NCBI GenBank assembly: GCA_035505775.1
Contig: DATJQN010000235.1
Span: 1-63,945, forward strand
Direction: 5' to 3'
Length of the DNA: 63,945 bases
Origin: Rectinemataceae bacterium
GTDB taxonomy: Bacteria; Spirochaetota; Spirochaetia; Treponematales; Rectinemataceae
The stretch's first letter is position 1, and each line of letters starts with the position of its first letter. The position numbers were made by a program, and so were the translations under genes. The notes under the pieces were generated by a model. That model was not told where the DNA came from. It worked only from the letters and a program-made list of their open reading frames with translations, and ran no database searches. This document shows positions 17,571 through 26,051 of this stretch, in pieces.

Positions 17571-18044
17571 ATGGCAGCGAGGCGCACTGATGACGAAGGA
17601 CCATTGCCGGGACGGATGAGGGCTCGCCGCAGTCCGCTCGAGCGGATGATCAGCGGCCTCGTCTTTGGCCTGGGCTTCGGGGCTTTGGCCATCCTCCGCC
17701 CCGAGTTCGGCTGGGCGGCCTTCGTGGCCGTGTTCGCAGGATTCATCCCCTTCATCTCCGGCCTGCGCATGCTCGCTGCAGAGCGCGCGTCCTCGCCGCC
17801 GCGCAGGCGCCTGAACGCGGCCGAGCGTGCCGCGGAAGCGGAGCGCGCGGTGCTTACGGTGGCCCGGGAGCAGGACGGCTGCGTGACGCCCGCCCTCATC
17901 GCCGTCGGCTCGGAGCTCAGCCTCGAGGAGGCCGAGACGGTGCTCCAGTCAATGGTCACCAAGGGCCACGCCTCGATGCATGTTCGGGAGGACGGACGTA
18001 TCGAGTACGAGTTCCGCGAGTTCATGAGTCTGCCCAAACCCTGA
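17571..18044 (+). CDS. hypothetical membrane protein, two TM segments plus a C-terminal winged-helix-like region
   Basis: ATG 17571 is preceded by GGAGGGGAGG. Two hydrophobic segments (ISGLVFGLGFGALAIL, AAFVAVFAGFIPFISGL). I recognise no family. Confidence 0.5.
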   Translation: MAARRTDDEGPLPGRMRARRSPLERMISGLVFGLGFGALAILRPEFGWAAFVAVFAGFIPFISGLRMLAAERASSPPRRRLNAAERAAEAERAVLTVAREQDGCVTPALIAVGSELSLEEAETVLQSMVTKGHASMHVREDGRIEYEFREFMSLPKP

Positions 18045-18211
18045 AATTCGCGGGCTTGCCCGCCGGTCCACCCCCTATTTGTCGTGAAAATGGTCCCTTC
18101 CGATCGGAAAGGACGACAGCCCCCCATAACCGGGTGGAAATGGACCGAGCGGACGCAGGCAGGGAGGGTCCATCCCTCCGCAACAGGAAGCGAACGCCAG
18201 GAGGCTCTCCC

Positions 18212-19444
18212 ATGTCGAGAAAGGCTATCGTGGTCGTCGCCCTCATGGCTGTCATGGGCGCAGGGTTGTGGGCGGCCGACAAGGTCGTGCTCAACGCACT
18301 CTTCATGAAGCAGGCCGGCTTCAGCGAGGAGGACATCACCGCCGGGACCAAGGACTTCATGGACAAGAACCCCGGCATCCAGGTCAATCTGACCTTCGTG
18401 GCTTATGAGGAGCTCGAGCAGAAGATCCTCACGGCTGCCGCTGCGGGCGGCTACGATGTCGTGCTGTCGGACGGACCCTTCACCGCCAAGTTCGCGAAGG
18501 GTGGCATCGTCAAGGAGATCCCGCCGCTCGCTGCCGCGGACAAGGCCGACATATTCCCCGGAGCCCTCGATGCCTGCGAGTATCTCGGCAAGTACTGGGG
18601 CATGCCCTGGATCAACGATGTCCGCTATCTCTTCTACAACAAGAAAATGGTGGCGAGCGCCGGCTTCAAGGCGCCGCCGGCCACGCTCGACGAGCTGATC
18701 GCACAGGCGAAGGCCCTCAAGGCCAAGAAGATCGTCGAGTACCCGATCGTCCTGCCATGGAACCAGGCGGAAACGCTCACCTGCGACTTCACGACGCTTA
18801 CCGCCCTCTTCGGCGGCTCGATGGCCAAGGATGGCAAGCCCACCCTCTATACGCCGGCCAACGTGAAGGCCCTTCAATGGATGGTCAGCGCCATAAATGC
18901 TGGACTCGTAAACCCGAAATCCATCACCTACGGAGAGGATGACATCAACGGCGTGTTCGCCGGAGGCAACGCCGCCTTCATGTTCAACTGGACCTACGCC
19001 TACGGCGTGGCCAACGACCCGAGCCAGTCCAAGGTCGTCGGCGATGTGGCCATCGCCATGATCCCCGGCAACGGGAAGGTGAAGAGCGCAACGGTCAACG
19101 GCGGGCAGCCCCTCTCGATCGCCTCGGGATCCAAGCACCCGAACGAGGCCTGGGCCTACATTCTCTACATGACGGGGAAGGACTTCCAGCGCGCCTACCC
19201 CACCAACTCCCTTCCCATCTGGCGCAGCCTCTACACGGACCCGAATGTCGTGAAGTCCAACCCCGACGTGGTGGCCGTGGCCAAGTCCCAGTACGACTAC
19301 ATCGTCAACCGACCCAAGGTTCCCTATTACAGCGCCTTCTCCTCCATGCTGCAGGTGAAGATCCAGGAGGCCCTCCTCGGCAAGAAGTCCGCGGATCAGG
19401 CCCTCAAGGAAGCCCAGGCCGAGGCCGAAACGCTGGCCAAGTAG
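18212..19444 (+). CDS. ABC transporter substrate-binding protein (extracellular solute-binding family 1, sugar type)
   Basis: Signal peptide MSRKAIVVVALMAVMGAGLWA and an SBP_bac_1-like body. AGGAGG lies before ATG 18212. Confidence 0.85.
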   Translation: MSRKAIVVVALMAVMGAGLWAADKVVLNALFMKQAGFSEEDITAGTKDFMDKNPGIQVNLTFVAYEELEQKILTAAAAGGYDVVLSDGPFTAKFAKGGIVKEIPPLAAADKADIFPGALDACEYLGKYWGMPWINDVRYLFYNKKMVASAGFKAPPATLDELIAQAKALKAKKIVEYPIVLPWNQAETLTCDFTTLTALFGGSMAKDGKPTLYTPANVKALQWMVSAINAGLVNPKSITYGEDDINGVFAGGNAAFMFNWTYAYGVANDPSQSKVVGDVAIAMIPGNGKVKSATVNGGQPLSIASGSKHPNEAWAYILYMTGKDFQRAYPTNSLPIWRSLYTDPNVVKSNPDVVAVAKSQYDYIVNRPKVPYYSAFSSMLQVKIQEALLGKKSADQALKEAQAEAETLAK

Positions 19445-19448
19445 GACC

Positions 19449-20387
19449 ATGAAACCCGAGCCTGCGTCGCCCCGCGCGCGCAGGGCCCGGGGGCGGGGAG
19501 GCGAAGGTGACCTGAGCGAGCAGGGCTTCGCCTTCCTCCTCCTCAGCCCTGCGGCCGCTCTCATCGTCATCGTCATCCTCGTGCCCCTCGGCATCACCTT
19601 CGCCTACACCCTGATCGACATGAATCTGCTGTCGGACAGCAAGGGGCGCTTCAGCGGGCTTTCCAACTACGCTGCGGTGCTGGGGTCCTCCTGGTTCTGG
19701 GAATCCCTCGGCAGGACGCTCTATTTCACCTTCGTCTCCCTGGCGCTGGAGACGGTGCTCGGCCTCCTCATGGCCCTCCTCCTCGCCGGCGAGTTCCCGG
19801 GTGTCGGGCTGCTCCGGGCTCTCGTGATCCTTCCCTGGGCCATCCCCACGAACGTCTCGGCTGCCCTCTGGAAGTGGATACTGCACCCGGACTACGGGGC
19901 CCTGAACGCGCTGCTGTCCTGGATGGGTCTCATCAAGGAGTACCACGCCTGGCTGGGGCAGCCTTGGCTGGCCATGAACATGGTGATTCTCGCCGACGTC
20001 TGGAAGATGGCGCCCTACTCGGCGATTTTCTTCCTGGCCGCGCTGCAGTTCATCAACCGGTCGCTCTACGAGGCGGCCCGGATAGACGGGGCGGGGGTGT
20101 TCAGGCGTTTCCGGTACGTGACCTTTCCGCATCTCGTGCCGACCCTTCTCGTGGTGCTGGTGATGCGATCGATGGAGAAATTCAAGGCCTTCGACCTGTT
20201 CTACATCATGACCAAAGGCGGTCCCGCCAACGGCACCAAGGTCCTCACCTACGACGCCTACCTGCGCGGCTTCAACAATCTCGACTATTCCGCCGCAGCC
20301 ACGATCTCGTACGTGATAGCCTTCATGGTGCTCGCCCTGACGGTCGTGTACCTCCGCGTGGGAAGGCAGGAGGATATCCATGACTGA
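19449..20387 (+). CDS. carbohydrate ABC transporter permease (MalF/UgpA-like)
   Basis: Six TM segments and an EAA loop (YEAARIDGAGVFRRFRYVTFP). Confidence 0.85.
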   Translation: MKPEPASPRARRARGRGGEGDLSEQGFAFLLLSPAAALIVIVILVPLGITFAYTLIDMNLLSDSKGRFSGLSNYAAVLGSSWFWESLGRTLYFTFVSLALETVLGLLMALLLAGEFPGVGLLRALVILPWAIPTNVSAALWKWILHPDYGALNALLSWMGLIKEYHAWLGQPWLAMNMVILADVWKMAPYSAIFFLAALQFINRSLYEAARIDGAGVFRRFRYVTFPHLVPTLLVVLVMRSMEKFKAFDLFYIMTKGGPANGTKVLTYDAYLRGFNNLDYSAAATISYVIAFMVLALTVVYLRVGRQEDIHD

Positions 20388-21291
20388 GAGCGGCCGCAGC
20401 GGGCGGCTCACCGGTCGGCAGCCGCATCATTCCAGTCGGGGGGCGGCACGGCGGCGGCGCTTCACCGCTTTTCAGTGTCTCATGGGTTTCCTCCTCCTCG
20501 TCTTCATCATGGCGCCCTTCCTCTGGCTGCTGATCTCCAGCCTCTCGGAGCGTCGCGACCTCATCAGCGTGCCCCTCCGCTTTCCTCCCGGCCACCTGAG
20601 TCTCTCCCGCTACTTCGCGGTTTTCAGCCCCGCGGGCGAGGAGATCGCGCGCGCCTTCAAGTACGCCCTTCTGAACTCGCTGATCGTCGCCACGCTCGTC
20701 ACGGCGGTAGGGCTCGTGGTCGGCGCGCTGGCCTCCTATTCCTTCGCGCGGCTTCGTTTCGCCTTCCGGGAAAAGCTGCTCTATGCCCTCCTTTTTACGT
20801 ACATGATTCCGCCCATCGTCATAGTCCTGCCCCTCTACGTCGCCATCAACCGCCTCGGACTCCTGGACCACCGCGTCACCCTGGTCTTTCTGTATCTGTC
20901 GATGACCATACCCTTCATCGTCTGGGTCATGCGGAACTACTTCGGCTCCATTTCGCGCAGCTTCGAGGAGGCGGCGCTCATCGACGGCTGCACGCGCCTC
21001 CAGACGCTCCGCTACATCTACGTGCCGATGGCCCGACCGGGACTCATCGCCACCGGCATCCTGGCCTTTCTCCTGTCCTGGGACGAGTTCTTCTTTGCCC
21101 TCATCTTCACCTCGAGCCTGGCGGCCAAGACGATCCCCGTTGCCATCGCGGAATTTACCGGCAAGAACACGGTGGACTATGGTATGATCACGACCGGAGG
21201 CGTCATCGCGTCGATCCCGCCCCTGTTGATCGCGATCTTCTTCCAGAAGTACATCGTCATGGGCATGACCGGCGGCGGCAACAAGGAGTGA
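20380..21291 (+). CDS. carbohydrate ABC transporter permease (MalG/UgpE-like)
   Basis: EAA loop (FEEAALIDGCTRLQTLRYIYVPMARP). The start may lie further downstream (MGFLLLVF). Confidence 0.85.
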   Translation: MTESGRSGRLTGRQPHHSSRGAARRRRFTAFQCLMGFLLLVFIMAPFLWLLISSLSERRDLISVPLRFPPGHLSLSRYFAVFSPAGEEIARAFKYALLNSLIVATLVTAVGLVVGALASYSFARLRFAFREKLLYALLFTYMIPPIVIVLPLYVAINRLGLLDHRVTLVFLYLSMTIPFIVWVMRNYFGSISRSFEEAALIDGCTRLQTLRYIYVPMARPGLIATGILAFLLSWDEFFFALIFTSSLAAKTIPVAIAEFTGKNTVDYGMITTGGVIASIPPLLIAIFFQKYIVMGMTGGGNKE

Positions 21292-22473
21292 ATGGAAGCG
21301 CGCATCGATCTCCTCTCACTGGTCCTCATCCTGGGTTCGGCGCAGTCCCTTTTCCTCGCCTGCGTTTTCTGGAGGGCCGACCGTGGCAACAGGCGGGCCA
21401 ATCGTCTTCTGGCCGCCTTCTTCATGATTCTCCCCCTCGCGACCATGAACGGCATCCTCTACCGCACCGGCATCTACCGCAGCGCCGCCTTCCTCATAGG
21501 CCTTGAACCTGCCTTCCGGCTCCTCATGGGGCCGGTGCTCTTTCTGTACGTTGAGCGCCTGGTCAGTCCGACCGTCCCGCTGCGCACGAGTCTGCCCCGG
21601 CATCTCGGCGGCGCCCTCCTTCTCATGCCCCTCTGCCTGCCCTTCTACCTCGCCGACCCGGTCTTCAAGATGCTCTTCATCGAGGTTTGGCTCCGCAACG
21701 GCAGCTACACCGCCGCGGAGTACTTCGGGCGCTTCTGGTACGAGATCGCCTTCGAGCTTCAGCTCTGGATCTATCTCGGTGTGATCTGGGTCAAGGTCCG
21801 GCGCTACGAGCTGATGATCCGCGACACCTATTCGTCCATCGACTCGATCACCCTCTCCTGGATGCGGAAGGTGCTCATCGCCTTCGCCCTGGCGCTCGCC
21901 GGCGGGACGGTTTCCTACGTGCTCTTCTTTCTGGTGATCAGTTTCCGATCCATGTACCTCTTCGCGCCGCTCGCGGCCGTATTCTCGGCCTATTACATCG
22001 GCTACAAGGCCTTCCACCAGCCTGACGTCTTTCTCCTCGCCAAGCCCGCACTCCGGCCGGAGCCCGTCGCCGAGCTGCGGCGCAAGTACGAGAAGTCCGG
22101 AATTTCCGAGGAGGATGGCGAGCTCCTGCTTCGGCGCCTGGATCGTGTGGTCCTTTCCAAGCGACCCTACGCCGATCCAGACCTGACCCTTCCCAAGCTG
22201 GCCGCGCTCCTGCAGGCCTCCCCGCACCATCTGTCACAGCTCCTCAATCAGCGGCTCGGCACGAGTTTCTACGACTATGTGAACCGTCTCCGGGTCGAGG
22301 AGGTCAAGCGTTGCCTCTCCGATCCCGCCAAGGCCGAGGAGAGCGTGCTCGACATTGCCCTGGAGTGCGGCTTCAACTCCAAGTCCGCCTTCAACCGGAT
22401 TTTCAAGCAGCACACGACTCTGTCGCCGACGCAGTTCCGCCTGCGTTCGGCGGGAGTGCAGGTGGACGCATGA
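21292..22473 (+). CDS. membrane-anchored AraC family transcriptional regulator
   Basis: N-terminal multi-TM region and a C-terminal AraC double HTH (LTLPKLAALLQASPHHLSQLLNQ...ALECGFNSKSAFNRIFKQHT). ATG immediately follows the permease stop. Confidence 0.8.
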   Translation: MEARIDLLSLVLILGSAQSLFLACVFWRADRGNRRANRLLAAFFMILPLATMNGILYRTGIYRSAAFLIGLEPAFRLLMGPVLFLYVERLVSPTVPLRTSLPRHLGGALLLMPLCLPFYLADPVFKMLFIEVWLRNGSYTAAEYFGRFWYEIAFELQLWIYLGVIWVKVRRYELMIRDTYSSIDSITLSWMRKVLIAFALALAGGTVSYVLFFLVISFRSMYLFAPLAAVFSAYYIGYKAFHQPDVFLLAKPALRPEPVAELRRKYEKSGISEEDGELLLRRLDRVVLSKRPYADPDLTLPKLAALLQASPHHLSQLLNQRLGTSFYDYVNRLRVEEVKRCLSDPAKAEESVLDIALECGFNSKSAFNRIFKQHTTLSPTQFRLRSAGVQVDA

Positions 22474-22796
22474 GTGGCGCCCCCAGGGGCGACACCCCCG
22501 AAGGCGACGCTCCCAGAGGCGACGCCCCCGTAGGCGACGACCGTGAAGCCGAGGCCCGGCGCAAGGAGCGGGAGGACCGCAAGGCCGCCCTCGCCTGGGC
22601 AGGCACCCTTGGAGTTCTCGGCTGGATGCTCGCGGTACCCATGCTTGCCGGCGCCGCCCTGGGGCACTGGATCGACGGGAAGCTTCACAGCGCCCCCGCC
22701 GCGACGCTCGGGCTGCTCCTCGCCGGACTCGTCGTGGGTGGCGGTTCGGCCTGGCGGTGGATCAAGCGGCGGATGGAAGACGAGAAGAAATCCTAG
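22470..22796 (+). CDS. AtpZ/AtpI-like small membrane protein with a repeat-encoded acidic N-terminus
   Basis: Two TM segments around GAALGHWIDGKL...LGLLLAGLVVGGGSAWRWI resemble the AtpZ/AtpI (ATPase_gene1) family. ATGA overlap with the AraC gene. Confidence 0.5.
   Translation: MSGAPRGDTPEGDAPRGDAPVGDDREAEARRKEREDRKAALAWAGTLGVLGWMLAVPMLAGAALGHWIDGKLHSAPAATLGLLLAGLVVGGGSAWRWIKRRMEDEKKS
22488..22541. repeat. 15-nt in-frame tandem repeat (GGCGACRCYCCCNNN) x 3.6
   Basis: ggcgacacccccgaa / ggcgacgctcccaga / ggcgacgcccccgta / ggcgacgac. Encodes GDTPE-GDAPR-GDAPV-GDD. Confidence 0.85.
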
Positions 22797-22928
22797 GCTC
22801 GCCGCGCGGAGGGTTCAGCGAAAGGGCTGCGTGGGGTCGCGCTCGGGCAGCAGGTCGCGGGCAGCGAAGCGGGCGCGGAAAGCTGGGCGCGCCGCGCATC
22901 GCGCGCCGGAGTCAGCGTGCGATGCGCG

Positions 22929-23699
22929 CTACTCGCAGTCGTGGCCGTGCTCGCGCTCCACGACGACGACGCCGTCCTTGGTGTACCGCCCTACGATTCC
23001 GAAGGTGGAGAGGAGTGTCTCCGCGCTGAGGACCTCGTCCCCGCGGCCGCAGGCCACGACGCGCCGCGCGAGGAGGAGGGCGTAGTCGCAGGCTGCAGCC
23101 TCCTCTATGTCGTGCGTGGCAATGACTATGGTCCGGCCGGCCGCTGCCGCCTCGCGGATCAGCCGCCGATAGACCTCGCGCGAGGGCAGATCGAGATTGG
23201 TCGCGGGCTCGTCGAGGAGGATCAGGTCTGCTCCCCGCGCGAAGGCCTGCGCGATGAAGACTCTCTGGCGCTGGCCGCCGGAGAGGGTGTTGAGGGGTGC
23301 GCGCGCGAAGTCGGAGACCATCATGATCTCCATGGCCTCCCTGACCGCCCGCTCGTCATCCTCCGTTTTGTGACGGAGGAGCCCCAGCCGGGCAAAGCGG
23401 GCCATCCTCACCACGTCGATCGCACGCAGCGGCAGACTGTCCGTCGAGGGATGGAACTGGCCGAGGTATGCCACCCGTTCGGGCGCGGCGAGGGGCCGGG
23501 CACCGAGCACCTCGATCGTGCCGGCGAGGGGCGGAAGCAGACCGGCAATCGTCTTGAGCAAGGTGGACTTGCCCGAACCGTTGCTGCCCACCAGGGCGAG
23601 GACTTCCCCCGGCCCCAGCTTCAAGGTGATGCCTTTGACCACCGCGTCATTCGGGTAGCCCACGGTCAGAGCCGTCGCGAGAAGTGCCGGGCCGCTCAT
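22929..23699 (-). CDS. metal (Zn/Mn/Fe type) ABC transporter ATP-binding protein
   Basis: Walker A GSNGSGKST, signature LSGGQRQR, Walker B LILLDEP. ZnuC/TroB-like length. ATGA overlap with the permease. Confidence 0.85.
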   Translation of the reverse strand: MSGPALLATALTVGYPNDAVVKGITLKLGPGEVLALVGSNGSGKSTLLKTIAGLLPPLAGTIEVLGARPLAAPERVAYLGQFHPSTDSLPLRAIDVVRMARFARLGLLRHKTEDDERAVREAMEIMMVSDFARAPLNTLSGGQRQRVFIAQAFARGADLILLDEPATNLDLPSREVYRRLIREAAAAGRTIVIATHDIEEAAACDYALLLARRVVACGRGDEVLSAETLLSTFGIVGRYTKDGVVVVEREHGHDCE

Positions 23700-24571
23700 G
23701 CGTGGCTTCCTTCATGGACTGTCGCGGAAGCGGTTGTCCCGTTCGGGCGGCGGAAGAGCCGCTTGGTCGAGAGGACCATGAAGAAGATCAGCGTCGCGAC
23801 GAGGGTGATCGAGGCGCCGGCCGCGAGATTGAGATGATAGCTCGCCAAGAGTCCGAGATAGACGGCCACCGCGCCGATGGCGGATGCCGCCATGATCATC
23901 GTCCCTATCTTGCGCGAGAACAGGGCTGCGGAGGCGGCCGGCGCCAGAAGCATGCCAAAGACGAGAAGGGTGCCCACTGTCCTGAACGAGACGACCACCG
24001 TGACTGCAATCATGAAGAGCATCACCGCGTGGTAGCGCCGGGCGGAGAAGCCGGAGGTCTCGGCCTGCTCGGGGCTGAAGCACAGAAGGAGAAAGGGCCG
24101 GTAGCAGACCAGGGCCAGGAGGGCCATGGCGACGGTCGCCGCGAGTTGGCCGAGTATTTCGCCGGCGCTGATCCCCAGCAGTTCGCCGAAGAGGATGTGG
24201 ACGAGATCGCCGGAGAAGGAACGCGAGCGCGAGACGATGACGACACCCAGGGCCAGCATGCTGACGAAGAGCAGGCCGATGGCGGTGTCGGAGGAGAGGC
24301 TCGACTTGCGGGTGACGAACCCTATCCCGAGGATCATGGCCAGGCTCCCCGCGGCCGCGCCGATCATCCCCGGCAGGCCGAGCAGGAGGGCCACTGCGAC
24401 GCCGGGAAGGACTCCGTGGGCCAGGGCGTCGCCGATGAAAGCCAGGCCCCGCAGCACGACGAAGGTTCCCACGATGCCGCAGGCGACGGAGACGAGGAGG
24501 CCGGCCACGAGGGCGTTGACCATGAAGCCGTTGTTCACGAAAGGCGCGGCCAGGATGGCGTAGAGGCTCAT
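23696..24571 (-). CDS. metal ABC transporter permease (ABC-3 family, ZnuB/TroC-like)
   Basis: MSLYAILAAPFVNNGFMVNALVAG...IGDALAHGVLPGVA pattern typical of ABC-3 permeases. The ORF-track N-terminal extension is rejected. Confidence 0.85.
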   Translation of the reverse strand: MSLYAILAAPFVNNGFMVNALVAGLLVSVACGIVGTFVVLRGLAFIGDALAHGVLPGVAVALLLGLPGMIGAAAGSLAMILGIGFVTRKSSLSSDTAIGLLFVSMLALGVVIVSRSRSFSGDLVHILFGELLGISAGEILGQLAATVAMALLALVCYRPFLLLCFSPEQAETSGFSARRYHAVMLFMIAVTVVVSFRTVGTLLVFGMLLAPAASAALFSRKIGTMIMAASAIGAVAVYLGLLASYHLNLAAGASITLVATLIFFMVLSTKRLFRRPNGTTASATVHEGSHA

Positions 24572-24858
24572 GCTTTCCTGCCCGCTCTCGGCAGCGGTTC
24601 CGTTCCATACTCGCAGCTGAGGTATACGGCGTGGCATTCGCCGCAACGCTCGACATGGTGGTGGGCGGTGAAGCGCTCCCAATGCTCGCGCTGCTCCGGG
24701 CTCAGGACGCCGGTGCCCTGGCAGAGCGGACAGGTGTTGTCCAGGGCCGCGAGAATGGCATTTCTGATGAACTCGCTCTTGTTGGGCAAGCGATCGATAC
24801 GCTCGGCGAGGCCGGGCTCGACCTTGAAGCTGACGAGGTCCGTCTTGGTACTGGCCAT
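24568..24858 (-). CDS. ribbon-helix-helix (CopG-like) protein with a C-terminal Cys/His zinc-ribbon-like domain
   Basis: RHH-like LVSFKVEPGLAERIDRLPNKSEFIRNAILAAL, followed by CPLCQGTG (CxxCxGxG), HHH and CGEC. GGAG lies before ATG 24858. ATGA overlap with the permease gene. Confidence 0.6.
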   Translation of the reverse strand: MASTKTDLVSFKVEPGLAERIDRLPNKSEFIRNAILAALDNTCPLCQGTGVLSPEQREHWERFTAHHHVERCGECHAVYLSCEYGTEPLPRAGRKA

Positions 24859-24868
24859 GCTGCACTCC

Positions 24869-24909
24869 GTATTACTTCGTAATATTACCACGGCGGGCCT
24901 GCGGGTCAA
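24869..24909 (-). promoter_or_regulatory. sigma70-type promoter TTGACC-N16-TAATAT with overlapping palindromes (GTAATATTAC; TATTAC-ttc-GTAATA)
   Basis: Minus strand: TTGACC (24909-24904), TAATAT (24887-24882). The perfect 10-bp palindrome 24879-24888 overlaps the -10. A 6-3-6 inverted repeat at 24870-24884 covers the predicted start site. Confidence 0.45.
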
Positions 24910-24948
24910 GCGCCGGGCGGCCGCTTGTCGAGCGCGTGGCGAACGCCT

Positions 24949-25971
24949 TCAAGCCCGACCAAGCGCGGACAGGAGGAGGAACGCGGAGAGAGCGATCAGA
25001 TAGAGCAGCGAGGCGAAGAACATCATGTCCGCCCAGCTCCGGCGGGAAAGGACGTTCCAGCCGAACAGGCCCGTTGCGAGCCAGAGGGAACAGAAGGCGA
25101 GGCTGAAGCCGAGACTCCAGGGGCCGAACCACAGGAGGAGGGGGGAATAGGCGAGCACCGCGAGGAGCCACAGCATCAGTTGCCGGGGCGGCCGGCCTCT
25201 CTTGGAGGCCCCGGTCGCGGCCCGAGCGTCGATCCCGGCCATCGGTATGCCCGCGCTTTCATAGTCCGCGGATCTCCGAAGGGCGAGGGCACGGACGTGG
25301 ACCTGCTGCCACAGGAGAAGGAGGCCGAAGAGAATCCACGCCGGGGGGCGGAGACCCGGATCCGCGACCGACCAGCCGATGAGTGGCGGGACAGCTCCCG
25401 AGACGCCGCCGATGAATGAGCTCAGTGCGGTTCTCCGCTTGGCCCAGAGCGAATAGACGAAAACATAGATCAAGGCTCCCGCAAACCCGATGATCGCCGG
25501 CCGCAATCCCAGCGTCAGGAGGATGGCGAGCCCGAGTGCGGACAATGCGCCGCCCAGACCGAGGGCGAGGCCGCGCCCGATGCGCCCCTTGGCCGTGGGG
25601 CGGTTTTTCGTGCGCTCCATGAGGGCATCGATGTCCCGGTCGATCCAATTGTTGAAGGCGCAAGATCCCGCGACGAGGGCCGAAACGCCCAGGATGAGGA
25701 CCGCCCCGAGGAGGATGAGGCCGGCCGCCCCCGGGCGGGCCACCGCCGGAACACCCAGCCAGATCCCGATCGGTCCGACCAAGCCCGACCGATCGACGGG
25801 GCTCAATCCAGGGCTCCCCGCGAGAGCGACAGCAAAGCCGGCCAACGCAGTGAGCGCATTGGAGCCGACGATGCCCGGCTTGAGGAGTAGCAGGAGATCT
25901 CTGATTCTCGTCGTGTCCGGCCCGCTCCGGTCAACGCGTGGGGGCTGATGCATGGGCGGCAATCCTAGCAT
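24949..25971 (-). CDS. ctaB: protoheme IX farnesyltransferase (heme O synthase)
   Basis: UbiA-family motifs (NNWIDRDIDALMERTKNRP; YSLWAKRRT). Start uncertain: ATG 25971 or 25953; the ORF track begins at 26103. Confidence 0.8.
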   Translation of the reverse strand: MLGLPPMHQPPRVDRSGPDTTRIRDLLLLLKPGIVGSNALTALAGFAVALAGSPGLSPVDRSGLVGPIGIWLGVPAVARPGAAGLILLGAVLILGVSALVAGSCAFNNWIDRDIDALMERTKNRPTAKGRIGRGLALGLGGALSALGLAILLTLGLRPAIIGFAGALIYVFVYSLWAKRRTALSSFIGGVSGAVPPLIGWSVADPGLRPPAWILFGLLLLWQQVHVRALALRRSADYESAGIPMAGIDARAATGASKRGRPPRQLMLWLLAVLAYSPLLLWFGPWSLGFSLAFCSLWLATGLFGWNVLSRRSWADMMFFASLLYLIALSAFLLLSALGRA

Positions 25972-25985
25972 GCCGCGCTCTTCAT

Positions 25986-26014
25986 TTGACAGCGGCGGCA
26001 GCTGCGGGTACTCT
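25986..26014 (+). promoter_or_regulatory. candidate sigma70 promoter TTGACA-N17-TACTCT for the oxidase operon
   Basis: TTGACA 25986-25991, TACTCT 26009-26014, 37 nt upstream of ATG 26052 (SD GAGGAGG). Confidence 0.4.
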
Positions 26015-26051
26015 GGGACGGTACGCAATGCCTGCGCGAGGAGGCGGACCC

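Noticed and set aside
17033-19597. 854-aa minus-strand ORF antisense to the EamA tail, the hypothetical gene and the sugar-binding protein gene. Similar antisense ORFs lie at 738-2114, 4516-5796, 13613-14989, 27430-29043, 29370-30842, 35162-36481, 54829-56727 and 59996-60958.
   Set aside because: All are antisense or alternative-frame to genes with strong motif support and show the typical GC-rich shadow-ORF composition.
22480-22540. RGD motifs (PRGD...PRGD) in the AtpZ-like N-terminus as adhesion signals
   Set aside because: They are a by-product of the 15-nt GGCGAC-based tandem repeat in a predicted cytoplasmic or membrane-proximal segment. There is no secretion signal.
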